In this document: positions 59,484 through 64,000 of the stretch, one piece after another
Layout of the letters: each line of letters opens with the position of its first letter
Numbering within the stretch: the stretch's first letter is position 1
NCBI RefSeq assembly: GCF_000372725.1
Contig: NW_005201327.1
Coordinates: forward strand, 77,022 to 141,021
Direction: 5' to 3'
DNA: 64,000 nucleotides
Source: Emiliania huxleyi CCMP1516
Taxonomy: Eukaryota
Position numbers and translations under genes: made by a program
Notes under the pieces: generated by a model
Databases searched by the model: none
Told to the model about the DNA's origin: nothing
What the model saw: the letters and a program-made list of their open reading frames with translations, nothing else

Positions 59484-59996
59484 ACGCGCGGCCGCACCCC
59501 CGAGCTTGCAGTGGCAAGCGCCGTAGAGCTATAGGACCCAGCTTAGCAGCTGAGAGAGTGACAGTCTGTGTGAGTCGAAAACGGGCATCCAGGAGGGAAC
59601 CGTGCATACCCAGTAGCTCCAGCGTCCATGCTCCACGTCCAGGTCCAGCAGCAGTGTAGTCGCGGAGTCAGTGCTTTTCCGCGGCCGTGAAAACCATGGG
59701 GACAATATGACGTGGCTGGGGTCTACAAGATGATGAGGTGAAGCGGACACGGACAGGCCTCTCTCCCTCGCCCCGCTATCTCATGAACTCATCACACTCG
59801 TGTCGCACGTTCGAGCACACGCTGAGACACGGACAAATGCCTCTTCCCTCTCTCCTCTCTCCTGATCATACAAAGGTGGGTCTCGTCTCGCGACCTACGA
59901 CACGGGCCGCTGGCGCGGTGCGGCTCCGCCCTAGGCTCCGCGCCAAGCCTCGCGCTCCAGAGGGGCGCAAAGCGACCAGCAGCCTCCTCCACTGCG

Positions 59997-60682
59997 CTAC
60001 GAGGTCAAGGTCCAGCGGATGTACCACTCGACGATGTCGAGCGGGAAGAAGATCCAGTTGAGCGGGAAGGGCAGCGAGAAGCCGTACTTGAGCTGCGAGT
60101 AGAAGCCCAGCCCCGCGATCGAGTAGCCCACCACCTCGTCCAGCTTGGTGTCGGCCTCATCCGGGATCGAGGTGTACCCCTTGTTGCGCACCCACGCCAT
60201 CAGCCCGCGCGCAAACATGAGCCCGCCCACCATCGCCAAGTGCGCCGCCGACACAACCTCCTGCAGCTTCCACGCGATGAAGCAGCCGATCGAGCGCGAG
60301 GCGTTCTTGATGACGAACTGTATCCAGTTGTGGTACTCCTTTGGCAGCGTGTGCACCAGGAAGGGCACGGCGACCTTTTGCGCGAGCGGCGCGATCATGC
60401 CCGAGATGGAGATGCCGAGGGCGATCGTCTTTGCGAACTCGATGCGCAGCATGCCTTGCACCGCGATCCACGACGTCATCAGCCCGCCGAGCGCCGCCGA
60501 CAGCTTTTCCGGGTCCTTGACGGCCTGCGCAGAGAGGTAAGGGTAAGGTGCGGTACGGTACACTTCTCCACACGCACGAGGTGGTGGGGCAAGGGCCAGG
60601 CTAGCCCCTCGCGTCTCCACGTCTAGACGACAGGAGCCCCACGGCATTGAAAGTGCAAGGCCCAGTGAGTGTGTGTGTGAGC

Positions 60683-60747
<65 letters not shown>

Positions 60748-61383
60748 CGGCCTGCGCAGAGACAGCTAGCTTGCGCGAGAGGAGCTCGTTCGAGTCGATG
60801 TCGCCCTTCTCGAGGTGCGCCGCGTCGTCGTGCTTCTTGCTGTCGCTCACGTTCGCCGCCCACACCGCCTGCACGTCCTTGCCGATGTCGATCAGCGCCG
60901 CCTCTGTCCTGTCCCAGCCGCAGACCTGGAACGCCTTGACCGCTGAGATGGAGGCGGTGTATCCGCCGCCACAAAAGGTGAGCGCGAGGCCGGCGAGGGT
61001 CTGGATCGCCTCCTTGGGCAGCCTCTGGTACAGCTCGAACCCGAGGTTGCCCAGCTTCAGGTAGAAGGGGCCGATGTAGTCAATCAGCAGCCGTGCGATG
61101 AAGCCGATCGGCTTCGCGAGCGGCTTGAGCGTGTTGGCCACCTGCGGCGATCGGACGTGCGCGTGGCGAGAGCGCCGCTGGCCCGACCCCGCGAGGCGTG
61201 CTGGGTGTGTGGCACGTGTGGCACACAGTGCTCTCGGTGGCACCGCCTCGGCTCTCCCGCCGTCATCTGTGTGAAGGGCGCCTTGGCGAGGACCGGCGGC
61301 TCGCCCTCCGAGGCGCGCATGATCTGAGACGCGAGCGTCTGCTTCTCTACGAAGGCATCGGTCTCCGCCGACTCTTTCGTCAT
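59997..61383 (-). CDS. Multi-pass membrane protein of unknown function, multi-exon
   Basis: Hydrophobic helices across three frames; intron 60525-60751 and another ending near 61142. Confidence 0.7.
60525..60751 (-). mobile_element. Family A element forming an entire GC-AG intron
   Basis: Perfect 18-bp repeat TCTCTGCGCAGGCCGTCA at 60518-60535 and 60745-60762; removal gives LAVSAQ|AVKDPEK. Confidence 0.85.
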
Positions 61384-62946
61384 TGCTGCAGCTTAGCCTT
61401 CGATGTTATCCCTTGTGAGGCTTCGCGGCAGCGGCAGCGGCGCCGAATCGCTCCTGTCTCTAAGGCGATTCACAGTGCCTTGCCTCCCCACACTTGTCAG
61501 GGAGAGTGTGATAGTTGGGGAGACGGTGTGAACGGCGTCTGAGCTCTGATCAGACGTCTTCCTTCATCCTGGTTCCCCCAGCGTCTTCCTGGTCCTACAT
61601 TGTATTCCTTAAGGATCGAACTCTACATTCTGCTCCCGTTCACATGGGACATGGCACCTTCGCGTGAGATTCTCGACGACACCTCGGTCGTCATGAACGG
61701 CACCTCGGCCGTCTGCGAGTCGCGCAACCTCGTGCGCGACAACTCCATCCGCTCGATACGGTTGGAGGACATGGATGCTGAGTTGTGCGGCAAGGCCGAC
61801 AACCAGCTGGACATCACCTGCATCATCATGGAGGACCCCGCCAAAGGAAAGGCCGAGTCCACAGGCAACACGAACCACAACATCACGTCTGACAAGTATT
61901 CCAACATGCCGCCCGACTCCACGCACTCCATCCTGCTCAAGCCGAACAACGGAGACAGCGTCGGAAACAAGTGCCTCCTACGTAGGGCGCGCGCCACTGC
62001 GCTCGCCTTTCCCGAGGCCCCTCCCCGAAAGGCAAGCATTAGACCCATGAAACCGAGACCCCTCCCCACCGCCCCGATCCCCCCACCCCCTTGCTCCCCT
62101 CCCCCCCCTCGGGAGGGCCGAACTGAGGCGCCCGTGGGGACCCCACAATTCCCTTCCCCCCTCGGAGGGGGCCGGACGGAGGCGTACCCCGAGGGCCCCA
62201 CTCTTTCCTTCGCATAGCGGCCACTCTTCGGATCGCTGGTCGAACGACCCGGGGGATGCCCCGCGCGCCTGACCCAGGCGCGAAAAACGAATCTGCGAGG
62301 CGTGGCCGCTCACGCGGCCCGATGGGGAGGCTTGGGGAGGAACGGGGCGAGCCCCCTCCAACCCACCCGCGCTAGGTCTCGGGGGACGCAGGGGTCACTC
62401 CCGCGCGACCTCGGGAACTAGCCGGGGCAGTCGGAGAAGGGGCAACTCCGTGCACTGACGGTCGGCCGTCAGAAAACACGCCTCCGTGGCTCGGGTTACA
62501 CCAATCCTCGCTACCCAACGCGGCCAAAGGATATCCACCTCGAGAACCTCGAGAGAGACACCCTCCCCACTCGCCACTCCTCACGTGTGCACAAACCCTC
62601 ACCCTCTCCTCTCTCCTCTCTCCTCTCTCTCTCTCTCCTCTCTCTATCTCTCCTCTCCTTGTCTGTGCTGTCTGCCTGACTCGGGCACTCAATCTGATGC
62701 GTGATTGTTTGTGGGCTGCTCCGAGGGGGCCCTGTGCGATCCGACGGGTAGGGGGTCTGTGCCCGGGCGGTGTCCGGTGTGGAGTCTCTCTCTGATCCCA
62801 CCTGTGATGTTGGGTGTGAGGTTGTGGCGGCTTCGATCCCAAGGGGGGGAGCTGATCCCACTCGTGACCAACTCTCAGGGGCAGTAGGTGGGCGAGCTTC
62901 AAGCGCGCTCATCTCGATCGACAAGGCGTCGCTACGCGCGGTTTTT

Positions 62947-63015
<69 letters not shown>
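62947..63015 (+). repeat. (CAG)23 microsatellite
   Basis: Direct count. Confidence 0.95.
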
Positions 63016-63017
<2 letters not shown>

Positions 63018-64000
63018 CGGGATGAAGCGGCCCTTTGAATCAGCGGCAGACTCGCGCTTCGACAGCGCGCGGCGGGCGGTGCAGCAGGCGCACGAGGCTG
63101 CCCGCGAGACTGCGGCCGCACCACGACAGCCCACGAGATGGGTGACCACGGTCGACCTCACCGATTCGCCGCCCCGAGACTCGCCGCCCCGGCCCTCGCC
63201 TCCACGGCAGCCTCCGCGGCAGCAGCCGTCGCCACAGCAGCGGCCGTCGCCACAGCAGCAGCCGTCGCCACAGCCGCCGCAGTCGCCACAGCAGCTCCCG
63301 CCGCAGCAGCAGCAGCCGTCGCCCCACCCTCACGACCCGCAAGCGGTGGTCAACGGTGGGGGCGCCAGACGTGCGCCCGAGATATGGGGAGGTGTGGGCA
63401 GACCTGCGCCCGAGAGCGCCGCCGCTGCCGAGAGCCCGGCCGCTGCTGAGGGGCCCGCGGCGCCGGAGCCGGAGCCGTGGAGTGGGATCATGAGGGTCGA
63501 CGGGCGGGTGTACCGACGCAACGTTGCGCACTTTGCCGCGGTTCGCGCTTGCAACACTTGCCTCTCCTCCCCTTCCCACCACCCCACCCCACCCCACACC
63601 CCAAGGCCCACTCCAGACATGACTGTGACGTCCTCCTCGCCCTGCCGCACCATCCAACCCCCCCCCCCCCAAAAAAAACTCCGCCCCTCACCCCGCCGGC
63701 GGGTGTATACACCAGGCAAAGTTCATCCAGAGCGAGCAGCGCAAAGAGAGCGGCAGCAGCTCGGCCGCCGCGACAGACTCACGGTGGCAGACTCACGGTG
63801 GCCGACCACTGCCGCCACACCAGACACTGCATGGGCGTGACTGGTGAGAGACTCAGATGGGAGCTGGGCCGCGCGACACAGTGATCTTGATGTGATGTCC
63901 TGTGCCCTCCCGCCGTTCTTTCTCCCGGGAGTTGTACCATCGTTTATTTGACCTGGGGGAGAGCGCAGCGCACTACACGTGGGTACTAAGTAATTAGGGA

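Noticed and set aside
61600..63840. ORFs 61600-62217 and 62770-63840 (polyQ)
   Set aside because: Low complexity, no recognisable domain and unclear starts; may be coding but cannot be supported.

Overview
GC-rich eukaryotic nuclear DNA with many GC-AG introns, (CCCTAA)n tracts and one 100-nt N gap (7192-7291). It resembles a haptophyte such as Emiliania/Gephyrocapsa huxleyi; the organism is inferred, not established. About 20 protein-coding genes are supportable: ankyrin-UIM-RING, two glycosyltransferases, F-box/RCC1, MBD-PHD-PHD-SET, ARID/SAP, DnaJ, NDUFS8, an NAD(P)-binding protein, an ankyrin protein, copper nitrite reductase nirK, fasciclin, a QRT3-like beta-helix protein, a CHAT protease, WW-FHA-WW, purple acid phosphatase and hypotheticals. 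The strongest signal is intron creation by insertion. A ~130-230 bp SINE-like element with a (CTTAC)n tail, and separately short ATCTCCCC/ATCTCGGG arrays, sit in coding sequence between 11-27 bp direct repeats that supply the splice sites, which would explain the GC/GA donors. The window also has a 19.8-kb segment bounded by inverted TIR-like ends and inverted 180-bp arrays, two MITEs with TSDs, long inverted repeats and perfect hairpins. Coordinates and splice sites were read by eye and may be off by a few bases.
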